Below are positions 31,053 to 46,174 of a DNA stretch of 64,000 nucleotides, piece by piece. The DNA is taken from assembly GCA_943704425.1 (NCBI GenBank), contig CALSCP010000012.1:5538-69537 (forward strand), read 5' to 3'. Position 1 is the stretch's first letter. Each line of letters opens with the position of its first letter. Below the pieces are notes generated by a model. That model saw only the letters and a list, made by a program, of their open reading frames with translations, did not search any database and was not told the origin of the DNA. A program made the position numbers and the translations under genes. Source of the DNA: Ministeria vibrans ATCC 50519 (lineage: Eukaryota; Protista; Filasterea).

Positions 31053-32046
31053 TAGAGGAGGATGAGCATGGTCGTGCAAGGGTATTTACTTTTGTAGACT
31101 AGATACCTTTGCCTTTGCGCGAGAATCTTCTGAGCCGTGCGTCGGCAAGACCTTGGATGGTGGTGGCCGAGAGGCACACGAGAGTGGCGAGTGCATCGAC
31201 CCAGTTTAGCTCGGTTGCGTGCCGGGAGGGTGTCAGGATGGCCAAGTAGGCAGGTGCGAGACCCATGAAGACGAGGAGGGTAGGAAAGAGATGAACGCCG
31301 AAGAGGGAGATCTTTGAAAGGAGATAGAAGAGGTTACAAAGGCATACTGTAGCCTACTTTTTCTCTATCATCCTATCGCTTTGTTTCTTTCTTCTTCCTC
31401 CTCCTCCTCTCTATCACTTCGTTCTCTCCCTCTCTATCACGGTGTTCTCTCTGTCTCTATCACTTTGTTCTCTCTTTGTTCTCTCTCTATCACTTTGTTC
31501 TCTTCCTCCTTTCTCTCTCTCTGCCTTACAAGCCAGTAGAGGTCGTGCCATTCCTCGCGTAGATCCACATAGCGCCAATCCTCGTGCCCTACTCCTCGCC
31601 AGCGACGCATAAAGTTGACGGTGAGTCGAACTCCCCACACACTGATGACGCAGACAATCAGAATCGCTCGCATGGAGAGCACTGGCTGCAAGTAGGTCCA
31701 CCAGGCAGCAACAATGATGGGAGCGACGGACCAATAGGGATCGTACATCTGAGGGAGAGAGAGAGAAAGAGAGAGGAGAAAGAAGGACGGACGAACATTC
31801 ATGTTCATGAGACGATGGACACTCGCGCTCGTTGCTTGGCGTGTTCATGCGGTCGCCTACCGATGAATTGTTGTAGTAGACTGAGTAGGAGAAGACGGCA
31901 ATGGTGGCGGCCATGTCGGCAAGGAGTGAGCTTGTGAAGGGCGACAGCGCCAGAGTGATGCCCACGCCGCCGACAAGCACTCCCACCAGCGTGCCGACCA
32001 CATACGTGTACACCATGGCCCACTGGTCCGATCGGGAGGCCATCAT
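30513..32046 (-). CDS. DUF1295 / steroid 5-alpha-reductase-like membrane protein (second paralogue)
   Basis: NSS.YDPYWSVAP, HEDWRY, SLFGVHLFPT, GPPRPTVALLSPPQLLWRSA region read in the coding frame as LWRYSRHPNYFGE, and YQRYAQHTSALVPW. Confidence 0.88.
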
Positions 32047-32339
32047 GATGAATAAAATATGTGTGTGACTGTGTGTGTGTTGAAAATCTTTCTACAAGTA
32101 CTCTTTTACTGTGAAACTGAAGAGAAGAATTGAAAAAAGGTAGATGTAGCAAGATCTGAATTCTGTAAGAAGAGTAATACACTGCTAATGACTGCTTTGA
32201 GTGCTTTCACAACAAACTGTAAAAAGAGAGGGCATCCATATGAAAAAAACGAATGAAAATATTAAATTGTAAAAAAATCTTCTGAGCATTTTTTTTATAC
32301 ACGCCACACACTTTTGGATTGTGAATTGGATGAGAGAGC

Positions 32340-33228
32340 TCACTTGGCGCCGAGGCCAGGGAAATCCTTCTGGTCGTTGATCTTGGGCACGGCCGACGAG
32401 TCGCCACGGGCACCACGGGCACCACCACCACCACCGCCAGCGGCACTGCCGCCACGGCCACCGCCACGGCCGCCACGCGACGCACCACTGCCGCCACGCG
32501 CACCCCCGCGGCCGCCGCTGGAGCCTTCGCGTGGTCCCCGACGTTCCTCGCGCTCAGGGTCCGCCATGCGGAAGTTGAGCAGCGACTTGTCCAGCTGCTG
32601 CTTCTTGTGCGCGGCCTGCTGCTTCTTCTTCTGCGACGAAGCCACGGCCGTCGCCTTGTCCTCCGACATGAGGGCCATGCCCAAGTAGCCTTCAGGCTCC
32701 TCCTTGACGTACTGCACGCCCACCCACTTCTTGTTGTCACCCTCGCCGGCCTTGCGGGGCGCCGGCAGGTCACGCTTGGGAGCGTTCTCCGCCTTACGCT
32801 TGCGGTACTCGGCAAGCGTAATCTCCTTGGACTCCTCGACGGCCGGCTCGGCAGCCTCGGTCTCGGTAGCCTCGGTCGCGTCGGCAGTCCCGGCGTCCGT
32901 CTCGTCCGCAGACGCAGACGCTCCGGCCTCGGCCGTCACAGCAGCAGCAGCATCCGATTCGCTGCCCCAGTTAAACTTGCCAGCGCCTTCACGCTTCTCC
33001 TCGGAGCGCACGCTCGACTTGACACGTCGCGAGTGACGGTCAAGATCGTCGCGCGGAGGACGGCCCTCGCCGCGCGCACCTCCTCGGGCTCCACGGCTGC
33101 CGCCACGGCCACCACGTCGGTCGTCGTGGCTGCCGTCATTGCCTTCAAAGTCACGAGTGCGCGGCGCACGCGAGTCGCCACCGTTGCGAGCACCTCCACG
33201 CGAGGCACCACCACGACCTGATAAACGA

Positions 33229-33260
<32 letters not shown>

Positions 33261-34055
33261 GAACAGACAGAGAGAAACAATATTGAGTATGGAAAAAAAA
33301 AGAGCATAGGAACAGTTATGAAAAAAACGACAGACCATCCACTGTGATGATTGGGCAATAGGAGTAGTCCCAGTGGTACGCAAGGGAACAAAAGGCCCCG
33401 ATCAGCGTTGGATGGGGCGTTGGCGCGAGAGAACAAGAACACACACACTCACAAAAAAAAAAAGGAAAACAAAAAAGACACACGCGAGGAAGACAGTGGC
33501 GGATTATGGAGGGGCAGGGCGGGGCAGAGACCAGGGTAAAGGCCTGCGTACGACAAAACAGGTGTTGAACAGAGCACGGCCGGCGCCGGGCAGCGGCCGT
33601 GGGGGCGAGGAGAGGGTGATGAAGCACGGAAAAAAAAAAAAGCAGAACNNNNNNNNNNAAAAAAAAAAAAACAGAGGAGAGATTGGGAGAGGGAAACGGT
33701 GGGGTGGCAGGCGGAGGAGGGGGAGAAGCAGCAAGACGGTCGCGTACCGCGGGCGGCAGACGTCGCAGGGGCCGGTGCGGGCGCAGGGGCGGCGGCCTTC
33801 TTCTTGTCGGCCAGCGCCGCCTTCTTCTTGGCCGCCTCGGCGTCTGCCTTCTTCTTCTCAGCGGCCTTTCGCGCGATCTGGACAGCAATCTACACGCGAC
33901 GCTTCGTCAGCCACACAAACTTCATTTTCTCTCTTCTCTTCTCTTTTTTTCTTTTTTTTTTCTTTTTCTTCTCTCTTTTTCCTTACTTCCGGATCGTCGA
34001 TCTCTTCGTCGTCGTTCAGAAGAGCGAAAGGATTTGCCGCCTTGACGTCGGCCAT
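32340..34055 (-). CDS. SERBP1: SERBP1/HABP4 (Stm1-like) RGG RNA/ribosome-binding protein
   Basis: NPFALLNDD N-terminus; LDRHSR...EKREGAGKFNWGSE; EITLAEYR; RKAGEG; RGG boxes; C-terminal PKINDQKDFPGLG. Confidence 0.92.
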
Positions 34056-34181
34056 GATTGATTCTTCGCAGGTAAGGGTCTCTGTGGGGAGGGGACTAAA
34101 AGTGATTAGTGATTAGTAGTGACTTTTTTGTTGATCAAGCTCTATTCACGTCACATTCAAGTCTGAAATTAACTCACAAGA

Positions 34182-35764
34182 ATGTTTTTATTCCTCGTCT
34201 TAGCATTGTGCGTAGGAACACAGGGTACCACATCAGGCCCTTCCTTCAAGTTTGGAGCGAAGCGCGCCGTGAATCCAGCGTTGTTTGGCTTCAACGATGT
34301 TCTTGGCCCGATCATTGTATGGGATCTTTCTTTCCTCTCTCTCCTCTCTCATCGCTGCGCTCCTCTTCCCCCCAGCATGTGAATTATAACGACACACGGC
34401 TTGTTGACTCTGTCCGCGCCCTCCGCGTCGGTCTCCTGCGCTATCCGGGCGGTACAGTTGCAAACTATTGGGATGTGCGCCAAGGCAACTACGTCGCCGA
34501 CTGTGGCCCCGCCAAGGCCGCCTGCTGCGCCCAGCGCCCCGTCATCGCCGCGTCGTTCCCGCACCAGTTTACGCCTGCGCAGTGGCTTGCCTCGAATGGA
34601 GTGGGCACGGCGACGTGGGCGCGACAGCCCATCTGGGACTTGAACCTGCTGACGATGAATGCCAGCGAGTCCATTGCGCAGCTGCACACCATCATCGAGC
34701 AGGTCGGTGTGGACGCCGTCCGTCGCGTCGAGATGGGCAACGAGTTTTACCTGAACAACAACTACGGCTGGCGCTTCCCCGACGCGGCGGCGTATGCCAA
34801 GGCGGTTGAGCCTGTGGCCAAAGCAACGCGCTCCGCCACGCCCGACGCCCGCATTGCCCTTGTGTTCTCCATGGGCGCCCTCGACCAAGCGGACTGCCCG
34901 AAACTCGACAACTGGAGTGCGCAGGTGAAGTCGCACGCCAACAGGTCGCTCTACGACGCCATCACCATCCATGACTACACGCTATCATCGACCTTTGCCG
35001 ACGGATACGGACCGACACTCAACTCGTCGGTGGTCGCGCTCTATCCCTACCTGTCGACACTGCACATTTCAAATAACGTACACAAGCACGTTGCGGGAGC
35101 AAGCGTCTGGCTTGACGAGTACAACTACGGTCTGAAGCACCGTCCAAGCAACAGCGACGGCGGACTGCACGGCATTTTCATGATGGGACGCATCTTGGGC
35201 GCCATCAACGCACCGCACAACAACATCGAGACGACCAACTTACATGCGTATGCGAGCATGGTCGGCGTTGGCTGGGACCGCAGTACGGGTGTCGTACTCA
35301 TTCCCACCAATAACACGGCAACGGATGCGTACGCCTGCAATGGCATTGCGCAGATCTTTGCGCATGTCGCGCACACGGCCCTCGAACTCAGCGATGTCAT
35401 GCAGCCCATCGAAGTGGTCGATTCACCCACGCTGCCTGCATCCGTCTCCATTCTCGGCGAGCACAATATCTCGTGTGTGTACGGCGCAAGTTTCTCCGCC
35501 AACGACTTTCCGGGCCAGTCGCTCGTCATCGTCAATGCATGTCCCACGCCCGTCACCGTCGCCCAGGTGGTTCCCTCCGCCTCCGCCCTTCACACTGTCT
35601 CGTACCTTGCCAGTGATCCCGGTGGCTTTGCCTCCGTTCCTGCGTACGACGCTCCCTTCCCCTGGCTCACGGGGCCCCTCCACCCAGCGCAGTCGACCCT
35701 CAAGGGTGACGATCCCGTCACCTTTCCCGCACAGTCTCTTACCATCGTCACAGTTGGTTTCTAA
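34182..35764 (+). CDS. Secreted clan GH-A glycoside hydrolase (GH51/GH79-like TIM barrel plus C-terminal beta-sandwich)
   Basis: Signal peptide MFLFLVLALCVG; one intron at 34317-34375; motifs LFGFN, LRYPGGTVANYWD, EMGNE (acid/base), TIHDY, VWLDEYN (nucleophile), FPAQSLTIV. Confidence 0.8.
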
Positions 35765-35887
35765 ACATCCGTCGTTTGTTTGTTTCTTTGTTTGTTTGTT
35801 TATTTTTGGGTTAATATAATAATAATAAAAATTTATACTTTAGTAAAAACAACAATGATTTTTTCTTCCTAAGTAACAGGCAATCCG

Positions 35888-37333
<1,446 letters not shown>

Positions 37334-37435
37334 TCTTGTTCCAAGAAAAAAAAATTCTAATCGAAAATTCAAAATCGTTAGTCGCTCTTCACAGTAACTA
37401 CATCAATATTCATGTTTTTGACAGTTAACAAGGAC

Positions 37436-38740
37436 ATGCCTTCGTCGTGCCACACGATTGGCTTCCTGGTGCTGATGCTGGCAATCTCAGCGGTCTCCTC
37501 GACCCCCGGCTCGCCACAAATCGGTCGGCTTGACAACGCCGGAGTGTACATCAACGGCTCCCGCGTGCTGGTCAATGGGATCGACATTGTAGCCACACTG
37601 AATGCACTCCAGGTTGAAAACAACTACTTGGCAAGTCGATTGGCGCAGGCTGAAAGTGCGCTTTTGGCGGTCGACTCAAACAACAACAACGACAACAACA
37701 GGAACATTTATCTTCCTCGTCGTATTGACTATCTCGGCTCTCCGACTGAATACTCGACCCTCACCTGTGCTGTGCCCTTTACGTCGAGTGGGGACATCCG
37801 ACTGTCGCCCCACAATACTCATCGAGGGAACCACGCTTGGACTCTCCGCTATTTGATGGACTTCCGCAATGCAACTTTTCATCTTGTGTTGCGCTTCAAC
37901 ACAACCATCAGCGGGCACAGCGGACGATGGATTCAACTGGGCTGCTCGTCGGGTCCGTTCATTATGAAGGTCGATGGCGTCCACAGTGGCGCTTCACCGT
38001 ACTACTGGGGTACCATCACCGTGAGCGCCGACGGTCTCGAGTCCTCTGCCGATTGGTGCACCGGCAACTACTGCGAAGCAGGCGGCGTCCCTACCTCGTA
38101 TTCTCGACAATCAACACACACAGCCTTCCAGCAGTCGTGTGTGAGTCAAGGCACGATTGTGTTCAAAATGGTGGACCAGTACGCAACCAACAATGGTTAC
38201 GACATTCAAAGTATCGACTTGAACATCACGTCGGTTCAGCCACCTCTGAGCGCCCTCACACGCCAACTCGCCATCTACAACACTCCTGACGCGCTTTTGT
38301 CGCAACTGAACTTTGCAACGTCTCTCCCGAACACAACCTCGCTCTACTCCACGACGACCATCAGCGTGTTGAGCACGACGTACAATGTCCTTCGGTTTGC
38401 CTTCACACCCACTTCCACCGACACCACCGCCTCCGCGTCCTTTCCCATTCCCTCCGGCTCTCGTGCCGTTCGCATCACCGCTAACTACGACCATGGCAGC
38501 AACTATAACCGTGTCAGAGTCTTTCAATCCGCTCGTGGTGCAGCAGTCGACTCAGGTGGCCGTCTTGTCGACCTCAACGCCGACGCCTCCTCCTGCATGC
38601 CCTCTGTCGTCTTCCCGCTTTTTTCCGATATTTCTCTCGACACGCTCGTCTTCCAGTACCGCCACGAGTTCATCCACTGTAGCTCCAACTGCAATTTCAA
38701 CCTCAACCTCGTCTCTCTTGAGTTTCTCGGCGAGTCGTAG
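37436..38740 (+). CDS. Secreted protein of unknown function (signal peptide, short beta region plus coiled coil, two beta-rich domains); intronless
   Basis: Single ORF; hydrophobic leader IGFLVLMLAISAVSS; VYINGSRVLVNGIDIV followed by heptads ATLNALQVENNYLASRLAQAE; Cys/Trp-containing beta-rich remainder. Confidence 0.75.
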   Translation: MPSSCHTIGFLVLMLAISAVSSTPGSPQIGRLDNAGVYINGSRVLVNGIDIVATLNALQVENNYLASRLAQAESALLAVDSNNNNDNNRNIYLPRRIDYLGSPTEYSTLTCAVPFTSSGDIRLSPHNTHRGNHAWTLRYLMDFRNATFHLVLRFNTTISGHSGRWIQLGCSSGPFIMKVDGVHSGASPYYWGTITVSADGLESSADWCTGNYCEAGGVPTSYSRQSTHTAFQQSCVSQGTIVFKMVDQYATNNGYDIQSIDLNITSVQPPLSALTRQLAIYNTPDALLSQLNFATSLPNTTSLYSTTTISVLSTTYNVLRFAFTPTSTDTTASASFPIPSGSRAVRITANYDHGSNYNRVRVFQSARGAAVDSGGRLVDLNADASSCMPSVVFPLFSDISLDTLVFQYRHEFIHCSSNCNFNLNLVSLEFLGES

Positions 38741-39028
38741 TAAACACTTCTATTGTATTCATTTACAGTTTTTGACTGTACGGTTGATGCTGGTGATCTA
38801 CTGACCTTGTGTTTTTGTAATTTGTGCTGGCGTCGCTGTGTTCATATTTATTGTGGCCAAGTGTGAGTGCCTGAGTGGAACGGTAACGACAAATATTTCA
38901 ACGAAGCAACTCAAGTTTGAAGTTATCATAATTCATAATTCCTATCAACTACTTTTTCTATCATTCAACCTACTTGTGTGATTGCCACTGCAACTTAAAA
39001 TAGCCAACGCACCTGTTTGGAAAACACA

Positions 39029-41722
<2,694 letters not shown>

Positions 41723-41797
41723 GCACTTAATATAATACACTTTGTGACGAGAGGAAAAAAAAAAAAATGTTTACAGGGTTCATTCGATGGATATGGG

Positions 41798-42274
41798 CTA
41801 CTTGCGGTGCGTGCCGTCGCAAAAGGGGCGGTTCGCAGACCTGTAGGAAGTGAGCGTGAGAGAGAGACGAGAAAACGAAAAAGGAAAAAAGAATGGATCG
41901 TACTTTCCACACTGGCAAATGAAGTGAGTCTTGGCCTCGTCGTCACCGCCGACCTTGGACGGCTTGAAGTCGGTGCCGTTGGCGGCGTTGTAGTCGCGAT
42001 GCGAGCCGTCGCACCAAGGGAAGGTCTTGGACTGGCCACACATGCACGCCCTGCAGGAGACGGCGAAGGAGCGCACGCGGGTCAGTCGGCCTGTCGCACG
42101 CTGCCACCCCACCCCACCCCCCGTACAAGGGCCCACGGGTACGGCGGGGCGGGGCGTTGTCGTCCTGGCAGGTTGACGCGAGTTCAGCGCTTACCATTTG
42201 GCCTCGCCAGCAGCGAGCTCGACCTTTGAGGGCTTTTGCTCGGGAGGATTCACAGCAGCAGGGTACGACGACAT
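41798..42274 (-). CDS. Small CDGSH iron-sulfur protein with two CDGSH motifs (CISD3/MiNT-like)
   Basis: WACMCGQSKTFPWCDGSH and FICQCG.SANRPFCDGTH over three exons. Confidence 0.9.
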
Positions 42275-42535
42275 GGAGGAGGTGGTGGGAGAAGAGAGTA
42301 CGCGAGTGATCAGTGATGAACGGAACGATGTGCGAATAAGACAACGCAGAATCAAGACCATGGAGAACCGCTGCGAGCTGACTGCGTCACTGGCTTGCTG
42401 CAAACAAACTTAGACAGCGGTCAGCAAGTGATAGACGAGAGCCGTAAAGGATTAATAATTGCATTATTTGATATTTCTTATTAAATTTTGACGTTGTTGT
42501 TTTTGTTCATTTTTTTGTTTCATTTCTCTTTCTCC

Positions 42536-43798
42536 ATGTACCTCCTTCTGCTGACACTCTCTGCACTTGTGGCGTGCCAAGCGGCCGTGGAACCACTTTG
42601 GCATGGCACTCAGCCGATTGCGCAGTACGAGGCGGCGCCACTGGCAGCGCCACAGGCGCTCTTTAGTGCCTTCCCAAAGCCTTGGGCGGTGAGTGCGGTT
42701 GACGCGCAACACCCGTCTGCGCCCCAGTGGACAGTGTCGCCCCAGTCGAACGCGTCGCTGCCTGTGAAAGTGTTCACTGCGCGACGCATTGAGAAGACAA
42801 CGGCGCCTCTGCCGCGCGTACGGGTGGTCGCCGCCAGCGAATGCACAATCTACGGCCTTGACTCGACCGACGGCCATGTTGTGTGGACGCACAGCCTCGT
42901 GGCGGCCTCCGACTGCGTCAACTTTGACCTGGCCGAGTCGGACTTGGTGGTCATGTCCGACGACGGAAGCACTGTCGACGCGGCCGTCGTTGTGGCCGAT
43001 CGCGTCCAAGTGCACTCGCTGGACGCACAAACGGGCAAACCCAAACATGCAGCGCCCTTTTTCGTCGACGCGTCTCTCCGACCGATGCCACGCTCTCTCT
43101 CATGCTCGCTCGAGGGCCGTTTTTGCGCCCTGGCCGTCGACGCATCCGTGCTCGTCGTCGACACGCTGAACATGACGCTCAAGGGCGACATCATTCCCAT
43201 GGGCGCCTCGGTGCCCGCCCACATCTGCCCTATGGGCGTCTTTCTCATCTTTGGCTTTCAGTCGGCCTCGGTGCGTCGCTGGAATCCTCTGCAAAACACC
43301 TATGCCGTCGTGTTTACTGTGAGCGGCGAAAACAACTGGATTTTGACGACGGCCATGACAAGTGTCAACGGCGGAGGATCTCACCCGGACGGCTGCATTG
43401 TTGCTCTGGCCTGGCAGGCGTACAACGCACTTCAGGCGCGTGTCGACGTTTATTCGATGCTCTCGCAAAAGCACTACTGGCAGTGGCGCTCGCCGGTGAG
43501 CCAGGACAACTCGCAAGACATTGTCTCGTCGCTCGCTATGGACATGCAATACCTTGCCGTCTCGACGTGGGGCGACGAGTCAGCAGGTACACCTACACTG
43601 CACCTATTTGATGCGGTCCACAGCAACGCAACTCTCTTCGAGTACACGTCGCCCGGCTCCCTTTTTGCCGTCGACACCGTCCTCGACACCAGTGCAGATG
43701 GCGCGCCCACTGTCTGGCTCTCCGCCGGCGGCAAGCACGTTCACGCCAACCTCATGGGCGAGGGTGGTGATGCCTACCTCTTCCACGTCAATGTCTAA
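42536..43798 (+). CDS. Secreted beta-propeller (PQQ/WD-like) protein; intronless
   Basis: Signal peptide MYLLLLTLSALVACQA; blade-like segments IYGLDSTDGHVVW and VHSLDAQTGK; C-terminal AGGKHVHANLMGEGG. Confidence 0.65.
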   Translation: MYLLLLTLSALVACQAAVEPLWHGTQPIAQYEAAPLAAPQALFSAFPKPWAVSAVDAQHPSAPQWTVSPQSNASLPVKVFTARRIEKTTAPLPRVRVVAASECTIYGLDSTDGHVVWTHSLVAASDCVNFDLAESDLVVMSDDGSTVDAAVVVADRVQVHSLDAQTGKPKHAAPFFVDASLRPMPRSLSCSLEGRFCALAVDASVLVVDTLNMTLKGDIIPMGASVPAHICPMGVFLIFGFQSASVRRWNPLQNTYAVVFTVSGENNWILTTAMTSVNGGGSHPDGCIVALAWQAYNALQARVDVYSMLSQKHYWQWRSPVSQDNSQDIVSSLAMDMQYLAVSTWGDESAGTPTLHLFDAVHSNATLFEYTSPGSLFAVDTVLDTSADGAPTVWLSAGGKHVHANLMGEGGDAYLFHVNV

Positions 43799-43811
43799 CC
43801 ATACATAATAT

Positions 43812-44989
43812 TTATTGTTGTTTCTTGACATATTCTTTGTAAGGCACGTCGGTGCCACAGACCCAGTCCCAGAAGCGCAGGAAGGAACCGAACGAGCCTG
43901 TGTTGTGTGAGTGGTGAAAGTCGTGGACTGCAGCCGTGGGACGGAAAGGGAAAACGTTGAAGGGGCTGAAGGGAAAGTGGAAGCCACAGTGTCCATCAAG
44001 TGCCTCCACTACACAACGTATTAGCGAGGTTGCGTCCGTTTAGATTTCTTTTATCGGGCACCTAAGCGGAGAATAGCCCAAGTCCAGAAGGTGACGAGAT
44101 GGAGTCCCGACGACGATAGATAGCCCACAAGAAGGGGTCCACCAACGAAGCCGGGCACGTTGGTCACGATAAACTCAAGCGGATGCGCATACTCGCTTGC
44201 AAAGCCCGTTGGTCTCTGCAACAGTAAAGAAAAATCGAGTACTCATGTCAAAACACAATTAACATAAGAATGATAAAACTAAAATAATTCAAATACTAAT
44301 AAGAAAAAATATTAGAGAATCGAGAGCTGTTAAAAATAATAATAATCTAAAAATCTGAGGTGTTTCGGTTTGAAATTGTTATTGTTGTGATTTGTTGGTT
44401 ACGTGAAATTCATGGTGAAGCTTATGGATGTGTCTGTACAGTCCTTTGACATGAAGAAGTCGGTGTGACCAGAAGAACACTGCGTCTTCGACCAGGATAA
44501 AGATGGCCAGTTGGACAAGAAGAGTGAGGAGCGGCGGAAGAGTTGACACGCATGTTTGGAGTCGCGCGTAATCACTGGAAGAGCATATGAACATCGTCGG
44601 CCACTTCAATCACACTGTAGTACTAAACCAGAACGTACCGAAACAACGGCCAGTTTGCGCCGAGACCAATGCCTTGGACGACAATGTGGTTGAAGGCGAT
44701 GACAAGACACACTTTGAGGGGGGCCGGCGCATCACTTGGACGCGGCGGGTGCTGCTGAATGCGCCAGCGCTCGAAGCAGCCGCTCTTGCCAACGATCCAC
44801 ACCAACAGCGACCCGGCAAAGTAGAGGAGCTAGAGCAGCGGTGAGTGCGTGCGCGAGGGGCGAGGGAGCGGAGGGTGAACTTCATACTTCGTGAATCGCC
44901 ACAGTGCCCCACGTAAAGAAATAAGAAGGGTCCGCGGGGCACTCTTCACCGCCCAACACAAACCTCCACGCCTGCTCCACAGCCGACAT
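43812..44989 (-). CDS. Sterol C4-methyl oxidase-like fatty acid hydroxylase superfamily protein (MSMO1/ERG25-like)
   Basis: His boxes HRLLH, HKLHH, HDFHH; EYAHPLE; GHCGFHFPFSP; FWDWVCGTD. Confidence 0.85.
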
Positions 44990-45172
44990 GATGAAAATTG
45001 AAAAATGTAAATTTTATCTTATCAAGTTTATCATCAAAGGAGGTCCAAAAACTAATAAGTGAACTTTTTCTCTTTTTTCACTCTTGAAAGTATATTAAGT
45101 ATTGGAATTCAGTCAAACATTTATTAAACCACCGTCACTCTGCCCCACGTCTTTTCACATCGTCCCTTTCCG

Positions 45173-45965
45173 ATGGAGGACGAGACTGAGCGCGAGAATG
45201 TGATCGACGATGACGGCTCATCCGCTGACGAAGCCATTTTCTGTCACAAGTGCAGTCTGGCCATCGACGACGATGTCCTCGTCCCGGTATGCTACGCGCC
45301 ACGGTCCCAGGCCCCTCTTGCCCGAAACCGCTGTCCAATGGCTCCCTCTGAAGGCCGCTCATTCTCCTTTTCCCTTTGTAGGCTCTCGACGCCTTTTATC
45401 ACACCAAATGCTTTACGTACGTCGCACCGCACACTGCGTCATCTCACCCGCGTGCAACTCCTTGATTGTCGTAGGTGCGACACTTGTCAAAGTGCTCTCG
45501 AGACCGTTTTTTATGAGCGCGACGGCAAACCTTACTGCGTCACGGACTTTATGCTGCTGTGCGGACAAGTGTGCGTGGGCTGCTCGTCCTTCATCACCGG
45601 CCCCATGATGGTGGCGGGCACTTCGGCGTTTCACCCCGAGTGCTTCAGCTGTAGGCACTGTCGGCGACTCATGGGCGTCTCGGAGGAGTTCGCGTCGCGT
45701 GACGATGCCCTCTACTGCAACGACTGCTTTGAGATCATCATCAATCGTTCCTCGTCGGAGGTGTCAGCCACAGCACCACCACCACCACCACCGGCGGCGG
45801 CGGCGGCGGCAGGGCCATCCTCAAAGGATACCCTCATCAATGCACTGGCCGAGCAGCGTCTCCATCAGCCCACCACTGTCACACAGAGCGACAGCGATCT
45901 ATCTGCTTGCAGCTCCGGTACGCACAAGTGGGGAGAGTTTCATTGTAAAGGGCATCTAACACTGC

Positions 45966-46007
<42 letters not shown>

Positions 46008-46136
46008 AGCAACGTGTCTGCTTCCCGCTGCCGATACCTTTGTACGCGGGCGGTCGCAGAGCTTCCGTGACGCCTCAATGGGTGCACCCTTAGATGGAAC
46101 CGAAGGACAATGTAAGACATCCAACGACGCGCTGTA

Positions 46137-46174
<38 letters not shown>

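Noticed and set aside
33344-33410. GTGATGA C-box-like word suggesting a C/D snoRNA
   Set aside because: It is on the strand opposite SERBP1 transcription and lacks a canonical terminal CTGA; kept only as a generic structured element.
33525-33555. GACCAGGGTAAAGGCCTGCGTAC resembling the 3' half of a TPP riboswitch
   Set aside because: It is antisense to the host gene, the upstream CUGAGA element is absent, and there is no thiamine-related gene nearby.
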